Source: Rhodobacterales bacterium (GTDB taxonomy: Bacteria; Pseudomonadota; Alphaproteobacteria; Rhodobacterales; CAZPXZ01). Taken from it: DNA of 64,000 nt. Where the stretch lies: positions 40,385-104,384 of the forward strand of contig CBDCKB010000002.1 of the NCBI GenBank assembly GCA_965217995.1, given 5' to 3'. The notes beneath the pieces are model-generated. The model had not been told where the DNA came from. It ran no database searches and was given only the letters and a program-made list of their open reading frames with translations. This document shows, piece after piece, positions 1-14,500 of this stretch. Both the position numbers and the translations under genes were made by a program. Position 1 is the stretch's first letter, and every line of letters begins with the position of its first letter.

Positions 1-3000
1 ACCATTCGGTAACCTGCTGTAACCTGCTGTAACCCATTGTAACTACTCCGTAACCTGCTGTAACCCACTGTAACCACTCGGTAACCTGCTCTAACCTGCT
101 CTAACCTGTTTTAACCTCCTGTAACCCACTGAAATCACTCGTAAACCTGCTGTAACCCACTGTAACCACTCAGTAACCTGCTGTAACCACTCGGTAACCT
201 GCTGTAACCTGCTGTAACCCACTGTAACCACTCGGTAACCTGCTGCAACCTGCTGTAACCCACTGTAACCACTCGGTGACCTGCTGTAACCATGCTGTAA
301 CCCACTGTAACCACTCGGTAACCTGCTGTAACCTGCTGTAACCTACTGTAACCACTCTGTAACCTGCTTTAACCTGCTGTAATCCACTGTAACCACTCGG
401 TAACCTGCTGTAACCTGCTGTAACCCACTGTAACCACTCGGTAACCTGCTGTAACCAACTGTAACCACTCGGTAACCTGCTGTAACCTGCTGCAACCCTG
501 TGCAACCACTCGGTAACCTGCTGTAACCTGCTGTAATCCACTGTAACCACTCGGTAACCTGCTGTACCCTGCTGTAACCCACTGTAACCACTCGGTAACC
601 TGCTGTAACCTGCAGTAACCTGCTGTAACCCACTGTACCCTCTCAGTAACCTGCTGTAACCTGCTGTAACCCACTGTAACCACTCGGTAAACTGCAGTAA
701 CCTGCTGTAACCCTCTGTAACCATTCGGTAACCTACTGTAACCTGCTGTAACCCACTGTAACCACTCTTTAACCTTCTGTAACCTTCTGTAACCCACTGT
801 ATCCATTCAGTAACCTGTTGTAACCTACTGTAACCCACTGTAACCCCTCGTTAACCTACTGTAACCAGCTCTAACCCACTGTAACCACTCGGTAACCTGC
901 TGTAACCTGCTGTAACCCACTGTAACCACTCGGTAACCTGCTGCAACCTGCCGTAACCCACTGTAACCATTCGGTACCCTACTCTAACCTGTAACCCACT
1001 GTAACCACTCAGTGACATGCTGTAACCCACTGCAACCACTCGGTAACCTGCTGTAAAATGCTGTAACCCACTGTAACCACTCGGTAACCTGCTGTAACCT
1101 GCTGTAACCCACTGTAACCACTCGGTAACCTGCTGTAACCTGCTGTAACCCACTGTAACCACTCGGTAACCTGCTGTAACTTTTCTGTAACACACTGTAA
1201 CCACTCGGTAACCAGCTGTAACCTGCTGTAACCCACTGTAACCACTCGGTAACCTGCTGTAATCTGCTGTAACCCACTGTAACCACTAGGTACCTGCTGT
1301 AACCTGCTGTATCCCTCTGTAACCACTCGGTGACCTGCTGTGACCTGCTCTAACCCACTGTAATCACTCGGTAACCTGCTGTAATCTGCTGTAACCCCCT
1401 GTAACCACTCGGTAACCCACTGTAATCACTCGGTAACCTGCTGTAACCTGCTGTAACCCACTGTAACCACTCGGTAACCTGCTGTACACCACTGTAATCA
1501 CTTGGTAACCTGCTGTAACCTGCTGTAACCCACTGTAACCACTCGGTAACCTGCTGTAACCTGCTGTAACCCACTGTAACCACTCGGTAACCTGCTGTAA
1601 CCTGCTGTAACCCACTGTAACCACTCGGTAACCTGCTGTAACCTTCTGTAACACACTGTAACCACTCGGTAACCAACTGTAACCTGCTGTAACCCACTGT
1701 AATCACTCGGTAACCTGCTGTAATCTGCTGTACACCACTGTAATCACTTGGTAACCTGCTGTAACCTGCTGTAACCCACTGTAACCACTCGGTAACCTGC
1801 TGTAACCTGCTGTAACCCACTGTAACCACTCGGTAACCTGCTGTAACCTGCTGTAACCCACTGTAACCACTCGGTAACCTGCCGTAACCTGCTGTAACCC
1901 ACTGTAACCACTCGGTAACCTGCTGTAACCTGCTGTAACCCACTGTGACCACTCGGTAACCTGCTGTAACCTTCTGTAACACACTGTAACCACTCGGTAA
2001 CCAGCTGTAACCTGCTGTAACCCACTTTAACCACTCGGTAACCTGCTGCAATCTGCTGTAACCTACTGTAACCACTAGGTACCTGCTGTAACCTGCTGTA
2101 ACCTGCTGTAACCTGCTGTATCCCACTGTAACCACTCGGTGACCTGCTGTGACCTGCTCTAACCCACTGTAATCACTCGGTAACCTGCTGTAACCCACTG
2201 TACCCACTGGTTAACCTTCTCTAACAATGCTGTAACCCACTGTAACCGCTCGGTAATTTGTTGTAACCTCCTGTAACCTGCTGTAACCCCCTGTAACCAC
2301 TCGGTAACCCACTGTAATCACTCGGTAACCTGCTGTAACCTGCTGTAACCCACTGTAACCACTCGGTAACCTGCTGTAACCTGCTGTAACCTACTGTAAC
2401 CACTCTGTAACCTGCTTTAACCTGCTGTAACCCACTGTAACCACTCGGTAACTTGCTATAACCTGCTGTAACCCACTGTAACCACTCGGTAACCTGCTGT
2501 AACCAACTGTAACCACTCGGTAACCTGCTGAAACCTGCTGCAACACTGTGCAACCACTCGGTAACCTGCTGTAACCTGCTGTAATCCACTGTAACCACTC
2601 GGTAACCTGCTGTAACCTGCTGTAACCCACTGTAACCACTCGGTAAACTGCTGTAACCCACTGTAACCACTCGCTAACCTGCTGTAACCTGCTGTAACCC
2701 ACTGTAACCACTCGGTAACCTGCTGTGACCTGCTGTAACCCGCTGTAACAACTCGGTAACCTGCTGTAACCTGCTGTAACCCACTGTAACCATTCGGTAA
2801 CCTGCTGTAACCTGCTGTAACCCATTGTAACTACTCCGTAACCTGCTGTAACCCACTGTAACCACTCGGTAACCTGCTCTAACCTGCTCTAACCTGTTTT
2901 AACCTCCTGTAACCCACTGAAATCACTCGTAAACCTGCTGTAACCCACTGTAACCACTCAGTAACCTGCTGTAACCACTCGGTAACCTGCTGTAACCTGC

Positions 3001-5560
3001 TGTAACCCACTGTAACCACTCGGTAACCTGCTGCAACCTGCTGTAACCCCCTGTAACCACTCGGTGACCTGCTGTAACCATGCTGTAACCCACTGTAACC
3101 ACTCGGTAACCTGCTGTAACCTGCTGTAACCTACTGTAACCACTCTGTAACCTGCTTTAACCTGCTGTAATCCACTGTAACCACTCGGTAACCTGCTGTA
3201 ACCTGTAGAAATCCACTGTAACCACTCGGTAACCTGCTGTAACCTGCTCTAACACACTGTAACAACTCGGTAACCTGTAGTAACCTGCTGTAACCCACTG
3301 TAACCACTCGGTAACCTTCTGTAACGTGCTGTAACCCACTGTAACCACTCGGTAACCTGCTGTAACCCACTGTAACCACTCGGTAACCTGCTGTAACCAT
3401 GCTGTAACCCACTGTAACCTCTCGGTAACCTGCTGTAAGCTTATGTAACCCACTGTAACCACTCGGTAACCTGCTGTAACCTGCTGTAACCCACTGTAAC
3501 CACTCGGTGACCTGCTGTAACCTGCTGTAACCCACTGTAACCACTCGGTATCCTGCGGTAATCACTCGGTAAACTTCTGTAACCTACTGTAATCCACTGT
3601 AAACACTCGGTAACCTGTTGTAACCCACTGTAACCACTCGGTAACCTACTCTAACCTGCTGTAACCCACTGTAACCACTCTGTAACCTGCTGTAACCTGC
3701 TGTAACCCACTGTAACCACTCGGTGACCTGCTGTAACCTGCTGTAACCCACTGTAACCACTCGGTAACCTGCGGTAATCACTCGGTAAACTTCTGTAACC
3801 TACTGTAATCCACTGTAAACACTCGGTAACCTGTTGTAACCCACTGTAACCACTCTGTAAACTGCTTTAACCTGCTGTAACCCACTGTAACCACTCGGTA
3901 ACTTGCTGCAACCTGCTGTAACCCACTGTAACCACTCGGTAACATGCTGTAACCAACTGTAACCACTCGGTAACCTGCTGTAACCTGCTGTAACCCAGTG
4001 CAACCACTCGGTAACCCACTGTAACCACTCGGTCACCTTCTGTAACCTGTGCAAACCCACTGTAACCACTCAGTAACCTGCTGTAACCACTCGGTAACCT
4101 GCTGTAACCTGCTGTAACCCACTGTAACCACTCGGTAACCTGCTGCAACCTGCTGTAACCCACTGTAACCACTCGGTGACCTGCTGTAACCATGCTGTAA
4201 CCCACTGTAACCACTCGGTAACCTGCTGTAACCTGCTGTAACCTACTGTAACCACTCTGTAACCTGCTTTAACCTGCTGTAACCCACTGTAACCACTCGG
4301 TGACTTGCTGTAACCTGCTGTAACCCACTGTAACCACTCGGTAACCTGCTGTAACCAACTGTAACCACTCAGTAACCTGCTGTAACCTGCTGTAACTCTG
4401 TGCAACCACTCGGTAGCTTGCTGTAACCTGCTGTAATCCACTGTAACCACTCGGTAACCTGCTGTAACCTGTATAAATCCACTGTAACCACTCGGTAACC
4501 TGCTGTAACCTGCTCTAACACACTGTAACAACTCGGTAACCTGCAGTAACCTGCTGTAACCCACTGTAACCACTCGGCAACCTTCTGTAACGTGCTGTAA
4601 CCCACTGTAACCACTCGGTAACCTGCTGTAACCCACTGTAACCACTCGGTAACCTGCTGTAACCATGCTGTAACCCACTGTAACCTCTCAGTAACCTGCT
4701 GTAAGCTTATGTAACCCACTGTAACCACTCGGTAACCTGCTGTAACCTGCTGTAACCCACTGTAACCACTCGGTGACCTGCTGTAACCTGCTGTAACCCA
4801 CTGTAACCACTCGGTAACCTGCGGTAATCACTCGGTAAACTTCTGTAACCTACTGTAATCCACTGTAAACACTCGGTAACCTGTTGTAACCCACTGTAAC
4901 CACTCGGTAACCTACTCTAACCTGCTGTAACCCACTGTAACCACTCTGTAACTTGCTGTAACCTATTGTAATCCACTGTACCTACTTGGTGACCTGCTGT
5001 AACATGCTGTAACCTGCTGTAACCCACAGTAACCATTCGGTAACCTGCTGTAACCTGCTGTAACCCACTGTAACCACTCGGTTACCTGCTGTAACCTGCT
5101 GTAACCCACTGTAACCACTCGGTTACCTGCTGTAACCTGCTGTAACCCACTGTAAGCAATCGGTAACCTTCTGTAACCTGCTGTAACTCACTGTAACCAG
5201 TCGATAACCTTCTGTAACCTGCTGTAACCCAGTGTAACCACTCGGTAACCTGCTGTAACCTGCTTTAACCTGATGTAACCTCCTGTAACCCACCGTAACC
5301 AATCGGTAACTTGCTGTAACCTTCTGTAACCCAATGTAACCACTCAGTAACCTGTTGTAACCACTCGGTAACCTGCTGTAAACTGCTGTAACCCACTGTA
5401 ACCACTCGGTAACTTGCTGTTACCTGCTGTAACCCACTGTAACCACTCGGTAACCTGCTATAACCATGCTGTAACCCACTGTAACCACTCGGTAACCTGC
5501 TATAACCATGCTGTAACCCACTGTAACCACTCGGTAACCTGCTGTAACCCACTGTAACCA
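1..5560. repeat. Satellite A domain I: irregular kb-scale segmental copies
   Basis: The unusual run starting ctctaacctgctctaacctgttttaacctcct at 89-148 recurs at 2877-2936 (offset 2788). The segment about 170-800 recurs again at about 4070-4700. Segment 3395-3700 recurs at 4661-4960 (offset about 1266). Minus-strand translations 170..838, 2958..3143 and 4070..4678 share the same C-terminal string. Confidence 0.7.
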
Positions 5561-8500
5561 CTCGGAAACCTACTCTAAGCTGCTGTAACCCACTGTAACT
5601 ACTCTGTAATTTACTTTAACCTGCTGTAACCCACTGTACCCACTCGGTAACCTGCTGTAACCCTCTGTAACCACTCGGTAACCTGCTGTAACCTGCTGTA
5701 ACCCACTGTAACCACTCGGTAACCTGCTGTAACCCCCTGAAACCTTTCGGTAACCTGCTGTAACCCACTGTAACCACTCGGTAACCTGATATAACCCACT
5801 GTAACCACTCGGTAACCTGCAGTAACCTGCAGTAACCTGCTGTAACCCACTCTACCCTTTCGGTAACCTGCTGTAACCTGCTTTAACCCACTATAACTAC
5901 TCGGTAAACTGCTGTAACCTGCTGTAACCCACTGTAACCACTCGGTAACCTACTGTAACCTGCTGTAACCCATTGTAACCACTCTTTAACCTTCTGTAAC
6001 CTGCTGTAACCCACTGTAGCCATTCAGTAACCTGCTGTAACCTACTGTAACCCACTGTAACCACTCGGTACCTGCTGTGACCTGCTGTAACTCACTGTAA
6101 CCACTCGGTAACTTGCTGTAACCTGTTGTACCCCACTGTAAACACTCGGTAACCTGCTGTAACCCACTGTAACCACTCGGTAAACTGCTGTAACCTGCAG
6201 TAACCCACTGCAACCACTCGCTAACCTGCTGTAACCTGCTGTAACCCACTGTAGCTATTCAGTAACCTGCTGTAACCTACTGTAACCAACTGTAACCACT
6301 CGGTACCTGCTGTGACCTGCTGTAACTCGCTGTAACCACTCTGTAAACTGCTTTAACCTGCTGTAACCCACTGTAACCACTCGGTAACTTGCTGTAACCT
6401 GCTGTAACCCACTGTAACCACTCGGTAACATGCTGTAACCAACTGTAACCACTCGGTAACCTGCTGTAACCTGCTGTAACCCAGTGCAACCACTCGGTAA
6501 CCCACTGTAACCACTCGGTAACCTTCTGTAACCTGTGGAAACCCACTGTAACCACTCGGTAACCTGCTGTAAACTGCTCTAACACACTGTAACAACTCCG
6601 TAACCTGCTGTAACCCACTGTAACCACTCGGTAACCTGCTGTAACGCGCTGTAACCCACTGTAACCACTCGGTAACCTGCTGTAACCCACAGTAACCACT
6701 CGGTAACCTGCTGTAACCATGCTGTAACCCACTGTAACCACTCGGTAACCTGCTGTAAGCTGCTGTAACCCACTGTAACCACTCGGTGACCTGCTGTAAC
6801 CTGCTGTAACCATGCTGTAACCCACTGTAACCACTCGGTAACCTGCTGTAACCTGCTTTAACCTACTGTAACCACTCTGTAACCTGCTTTAAACTGCTGT
6901 AACCCACTGTAACCACTCGGTAACTTGCTGTAACCTGCTGTAACCCACTTTACCCACTCGGTAACCTGCTGTAACCTGCTGTAACCCACTGCAACCACTC
7001 GGTAACCTACTGTAACCTGCTGTAACCCACTGTAACCAGTCTGTAACCTGCTGTAACCTGCTGTAACCCACTGTAACCACTCGGTAACCTGCTGTAACTT
7101 GCTGTAACCCACTGTAACCACTTGGTAACCTGCTGTAACCTGCTCTAACCCACTGTAACCACTCGGTAACTTGCTGTAACCCTCTGCAACCTTTCGGTAA
7201 CCTGCTGTAACCCACTGTAACCACTCGGTAACCTTATATAACCCACTGTAACCACTCGGTAACCTGCTGTAACCTGCTGTAACCCGCTGTAACCACTCGG
7301 TAACCTGATATAACCCACTGTAACCACTCGGTAACCTGCAGTAACCTGCAGTAACCTGCTGTAACCCACTCTACCCTTTCGGTAACCTGCTGTAACCTGC
7401 TTTAACCCACTATAACTACTCGGTAAACTGCTGTAACCTGCTGTAACCCACTGTAACCACTCGGTAACCTACTGTAACCTGCTGTAACCCACTGTAACCA
7501 CTCTTTAACCTGCTGTAACCCACTGTAACCACTCGGTAAACTGCTGTAACCTGCAGTAACCCAGTGCAACCACTCGCTAACCTGCTGTAACCTGCTGTAA
7601 CCCACTGTAGCTATTCAGTAACCTGCTGTAACCTACTGTAACCAACTGTAACCACTCGGTACCTGCTGTGACCTGCTGTAACTCGCTGTAACCACTATGT
7701 AAACTGCTTTAACCTGCTGTAACCCACTGTAACCACTCGGTAACTTGCTGTAACCTGCTGTAACCCACTGTAACCACTCGGTAACATGCTGTAACCAACT
7801 GTAACCACTCGGTAACCTGCTGTAACCTGCTGTAACCCAGTGCAACCACTCGGTAACCCACTGTAACCACTCGGTAACCTTCTGTAACGTGTGGAAACCC
7901 ACTGTAACCACTCGGTAACCTGCTGTAAACTGCTCTAACACACTGTAACAACTCCGTAACCTGCTGTAACCCACTGTAACCACTCGGTAACCTGCTGTAA
8001 CGCGCTGTAACCCACTGTAACCACTCGGTAACCTGCTGTAACCCACAGTAACCACTCGGTAACCTGCTGTAACCATGCTGTAACCCACTGTAACCACTCG
8101 GTAACCTGCTGTAAGCTGCTGTAACCCACTGTAACCACTCGGTGACCTGCTGTAACCTGCTGTAACCATGCTGTAACCCACTGTAACCACTCGGTAACCT
8201 GCTGTAACCTGCTGTAACCTACTGTAACCACTCTGTAACCTGCTTTAAACTGCTGTAACCCACTGTAACCACTCGGTAACTTGCTGTAACCTGCTGTAAC
8301 CCACTTTACCCACTCGGTAACCTGCTGTAACCCACTGTAACCACTCGGTAACCTACTGTAACCTGCTGTAACCCACTGTAACCAGTCTGTAACCTGCTGT
8401 AACCTGCTGTAACCCACTGTAACCACTCGGTAACCTGCTGTAACTTGCTGTAACCCACTGTAACCACTTGGTAACCTGCTGTAACCTGCTCTAACCCATT

Positions 8501-11500
8501 GTAACCACTCGGTAACTTGCTGTAACCCTCTGCAACCTTTCGGTAACCTGCTGTAACCCACTGTAACCACTCGGTAACCTTATATAACCCACTGTAACCA
8601 CTCGGTAACCTGCTGTAACCTGCTGTAACCCGCTGTAACCACACTGTAACTTGCTGTAACCTGCTCTAACCCAATGTAACCACTCGGTAACCTGCTGTAA
8701 CCCACTGTAACCACTCGGTGACTTGCTGTAACCTGCTCTAACTCACTGTAACCACTCGGTAACATAATGTAACCTGTTGTACCCCACTGTAAACACTCGG
8801 TAACCTGCTGTAACCCACTGTAACCACTCGGTAAACTGCAGTAACCCACTGCAACCACTCGGTAACCTACTGTAACCTGCTGTAACCCACTGTAACCACT
8901 CGGTAACCTGCTGTAACTTGCTGTAACCCACTGTAACCACTTGGTAACCTGCTGTAACCTGCTCTAACCCATTGTAACCACTCGGTAACTTGCTGTAACC
9001 CTCTGCAACCTTTCGGTAACCTGCTGTAACCCACTGTAACCACTCGGTAACCTTATATAACCCACTGTAACCACTCGGTAACCTGCTGTAACCTGCTGTA
9101 ACCCGCTGTAACCACACTGTAACTTGCTGTAACCTGCTCTAACCCAATGTAACCACTCGGTAACCTGCTGTAACCCACTGTAACCACTCGGTGACTTGCT
9201 GTAACCTGCTCTAACTCACTGTAACCACTCGGTAACATAATGTAACCTGTTGTACCCCACTGTAAACACTCGGTAACCTGCTGTAACCTGCTGTAACCCA
9301 CTGTAACCACTCGGTAACCTGCTGTAACCTGCTGTAACCCACTGTAACAACTCGGTACCTGCTGTACCCTGCTGTATCCCACTGTAACCACTCGGTAACC
9401 TGCTGTAACCTGTTGTACCCCACTGTAAACACTCGGTAACCTGCTGTAACCACTCGGTAAACTGCAGTAACCCACAGCAACCACTCGGTAACCTGCTGTA
9501 ACCTGCTCTAACCCACTGTAACCACTCGGTAACCTGCTGTAACCCTCTGCAACCTTTCGGTAACCTGCTGTAACCCACTGTAACCACTCGGTAACTTTAT
9601 ATAACCCACTGTAACCACTCGGTAACCTGCTGTAACCTGCTGTAACCCGCTGTAACCACACTGTAACTTGCTGTAACCTGCTCTAACCCAATGTAACCAC
9701 TCGGTAACCTGCTGTAACCCACTGTAACCACTCGGTGACTTGCTGTAACCTGCTCTAACTCACTGTAACCACTCGGTAACATAATGTAACCTGTTGTACC
9801 CCACTGTAAACACTCGGTAACCTGCTGTAACCCACTGTAACCACTCGGTAAACTGCAGTAACCCACTGCAACCACTCGGTAACCTACTGTAACCTGCTGT
9901 AACCCACTGTAACCACTCGATAACCAGCTGTAACCTGCTGAAACCCAGTGTAACCACTCGGTAACCTGCTGTAACCTGCAGTAACCTGCTGTAATCCACT
10001 GTACCCTCTCAGTAACCTGCTGTAACCTGCTTTAACCCTCTGTAACTACTCGGTAAACTGCTGTAACCTGCTGTAACCCGCTGTAACCACTCGGTAACCT
10101 ACTGTAACCTGCTGTAACCCACTGTAACCACTCTTTAACCTGCTGTAACCTGCTGTAACCCACTGTAGCCATTCAGTAACCTGCTGTAACCTACTGTAAC
10201 CAACTGTAACCACTCGGTACCTGCTGTGACCTGCTGTAACTCGCTGTAACCACTCTGTAAACTGCTTTAACCTGCTGTAACCCACTGTAACCACTCGGTA
10301 ACTTGCTGTAACCTGCTGTAACCCACTGTAACCACTCGGTAACATGCTGTAACCAACTGTAACCACTCGGTAACCTGCTGTAACCTGCTGTAACCCAGTG
10401 CAACCACTCGGTAACCCACTGTAACCACTCGGTAACCTTCTGTAACCTGTGGAAACCCACTGTAACCACTCGGTAACCTGCTGTAAACTGCTCTAACACA
10501 CTGTAACAACTCCGTAACCTGCTGTAACCCACTGTAACCACTCGGTAACCTGCTGTAACGCGCTGTAACCCACTGTAACCACTCGGTAACCTGCAGTAAC
10601 CCACAGTAACCACTCGGTAACCTGCTGTAACCATGCTGTAACCCACTGTAACCACTCGGTAACCTGCTGTAAGCTGCTGTAACCCACTGTAACCACTCGG
10701 TGACCTGCTGTAACCTGCTGTAACCATGCTGTAACCCACTGTAACCACTCGGTAACCTGCTGTAACCTGCTGTAACCTACTGTAACCACTCTGTAACCTG
10801 CTTTAAACTGCTGTAACCCACTGTAACCACTCGGTAACTTGCTGTAACCTGCTGTAACCCACTTTACCCACTCGGTAACCTGCTGTAACCTGCTGTAACC
10901 CACTGTAACCACTCGGTAACCTGCTGTAACCTGCTGTAACCCACTGTAACCACTCTGTAACCTGCTGTAACCTGCTGTAACCCACTGTAACCACTCGGTA
11001 ACCTGCTGTAACTTGCTGTAACCCACTGTAACCACTTGGTAACCTGCTGTAACCTGCTCTAACCCACTGTAACCACTCGGTAACCTGCTGTAACCCTCTG
11101 CAACCTTTCGGTAACCTGCTGTAACCCACTGTAACCACTCGGTAACCTTATATAACCCACTGTAACCACTCGGTAACCTGCTGTAACCTGCTGTAACCCG
11201 CTGTAACCACACTGTAACTTGCTGTAACCTGCTCTAACCCAATGTAACCACTCGGTAACCTGCTGTAACCCACTGTAACCACTCGGTGACTTGCTGTAAC
11301 CTGCTCTAACTCACTGTAACCACTCGGTAACATAATGTAACCTGTTGTACCCCACTGTAAACACTCGGTAACCTGCTGTAACCTGCTGTAACCCACTGTA
11401 ACCACTCGGTAACCTGCTGTAACCTGCTGTAACCCACTGTAACAACTCGGTACCTGCTGTACCCTGCTGTATCCCACTGTAACCACTCGGTAACCTGCTG

Positions 11501-14500
11501 TAACCTGTTGTACCCCACTGTAAACACTCGGTAACCTGCTGTAACCACTCGGTAAACTGCAGTAACCCACTGCAACCACTCGGTAACCTGCTGTAACCTG
11601 CTGTAACCTGCTGTAACCCACTGTAACCACTCAATAACCAGCTGTAACCTGCTGAAATCGAGTGTAACCACTCGGTAACCTGCAGTAACCTGCAGTAACC
11701 TGCTGTAACCCACTCTACCCTTTCGGTAACCTGCTGTAACCTGCTTTAACCCACTATAACTACTCGGTAAACTGCTGTAACCTGCTGTAACCCACTGTAA
11801 CCACTCGGTAACCTACTGTAACCTGCTGTAACCCACTGTAACCACTCTTTAACCTGCTGTAACCTGCTGTAACCCACTGTAGCCATTCAGTAACCTGCTG
11901 TAACCTACTGTAACCCACTGTAACCACTCGGTACCTGCTGTGACCTGCTGTAACTCACTGTAACCACTCGGTAACTTGCTGTAACCTTTTGTACCCCACT
12001 GTAAACACTCGGTAACCTGCTGTAACCCACTGTAACCACTCGATAAACTGCTGTAACCTGCAGTAACCCACTGCAACCACTCGCTAACCTGCTGTAACCT
12101 GCTGTAACCCACTGTAGCTATTCAGTAACCTGCTGTAACCTACTGTAACCAACTGTAACCACTCGGTACCTGCTGTGACCTGCTGTAACTCGCTGTAACC
12201 ACTCTGTAAACTGCTTTAACCTGCTGTAACCCACTGTAACCACTCGGTAACTTGCTGTAACCTGCTGTAACCCACTGTAACCACTCGGTAACATGCTGTA
12301 ACCAACTGTAACCACTCGGTAACCTGCTGTAACCTGCTGTAACCCAGTGCAACCACTCGGTAACCCACTGTAACCACTCGGTAACCTTCTGTAACCTGTG
12401 GAAACCCACTGTAACCACTCGGTAACCTGCTGTAAACTGCTCTAACACACTGTAACAACTCCGTAACCTGCTGTAACCCACTGTAACCACTCGGTAACCT
12501 GCTGTAACGCGCTGTAACCCACTGTAACCACTCGGTAACCTGCTGTAACCCACAGTAACCACTCGGTAACCTGCTGTAACCATGCTGTAACCCACTGTAA
12601 CCACTCGGTAACCTGCTGTAAGCTGCTGTAACCCACTGTAACCACTCGGTGACCTGCTGTAACCTGCTGTAACCATGCTGTAACCCACTGTAACCACTCG
12701 GTAACCTACTGTAACCTGCTGTAACCTACTGTAACCACTCTGTAACCTGCTTTAAACTGCTGTAACCCACTGTAACCACTCGGTAACTTGCTGTAACCTG
12801 CTGTAACCCACTTTACCCACTCGGTAACCTGCTGTAACCTGCTGTAACCCACTGTAACCACTCGGTAACCTACTGTAACCTGCTGTAACCCACTGTAACC
12901 AGTCTGTAACCTGCTGTAACCTGCTGTAACCCACTGTAACCACTCGGTAACCTGCTGTAACTTGCTGTAACCCACTGTAACCACTTGGTAACCTGCTGTA
13001 ACCTGCTCTAACCCACTGTAACCACTCGGTAACCTGCTGTAACCCTCTGCAACCTTTCGGTAACCTGCTGTAACCCACTGTAACCACTCGGTAACCTTAT
13101 ATAACCCACTGTAACCACTCGGTAACCTGCTGTAACCTGGTGTAACCCGCTGTAACCACACTGTAACTTGCTGTAACCTGCTCTAACCCAATGTAACCAC
13201 TCGGTAACCTGCTGTAACCCACTGTAACCACTCGGTGACTTGCTGTAACGTGCTCTAACTCACTGTAACCACTCGGTAACATAATGTAACCTGTTGTACC
13301 CCACTGTAAACACTCGGTAACCTGCTGTAACCCACTGTAACCACTCGGTAAACTGCAGTAACCCACTGCAACCACTCGGTAACCTGCTGTAACCTGCTGT
13401 AACCCACTGTAACCACTCGATAACCAGCTGTAACCTGCTGAAACCCAGTGTAACCACTCGGTAACCTGCTGTAACCTGCAGTAACCTGCTGTAATCCACT
13501 GTACCCTCTCAGTAACCTGCTGTAACCTGCTTTAACCCTCTGTAACTACTCGGTAAACTGCTGTAACCTGCTGTAACCCGCTGTAACCACTCGGTAATCT
13601 ACTGTAACCTGCTGTAACCCACTGTAACCACTCTTTAACCTGCTGTAACCTGCTGTAACCCACTGTAGCCATTCAGTAACCTGCTGTAACCTACTGTAAC
13701 CAACTGTAACCACTCGGTACCTGCTGTGACCTGCTGTAACTCGCTGTAACCACTCTGTAAACTGCTTTAACCTGCTGTAACCCACTGTAACCACTCGGTA
13801 ACTTGCTGTAACCTGCTGTAACCCACTGTAACCACTCGGTAACATGCTGTAACCAACTGTAACCACTCGGTAACCTGCTGTAACCTGCTGTAACCCAGTG
13901 CAACCACTCGGTAACCCACTGTAACCACTCGGTAACCTTCTGTAACCTGTGGAAACCCACTGTAACCACTCGGTAGCCTGCTGTAAACTGCTCTAACACA
14001 CTGTAACAACTCCGTAACCTGCTGTAACCCACTGTAACCACTCGGTAACCTGCTGTAACGCGCTGTAACCCACTGTAACCACTCGGTAACCTGCAGTAAC
14101 CCACAGTAACCACTCGGTAACCTGCTGTATCCATGCTGTAACCCACTGTAACCACTCGGTAACCTGCTGTAAGCTGCTGTAACCTACTGTAACCACTCTG
14201 TAACCTGTTTTAAACTGCTGTAACCTACTGTAACCACTCGGTAACTTGCTGTAACCTGCTGTAACCCACTTTACCCACTCGGTAACCTGCTGTAACCTGC
14301 TGTAACCCACTGTAACCACTCGGTAACCTGCTGTAACCTGCTGTAACCCACTGTAACCACTCTGTAACCTGCTGTAACCTGCTGTAACCCACTGTAACCA
14401 CTCGGTAACCTGCTGTAACTTGCTGTAACCCACTGTAACCACTTGGTAACCTGCTGTAACCTACTGTAACCCACTGTAACCACTCGGTAACCTGCTGTAA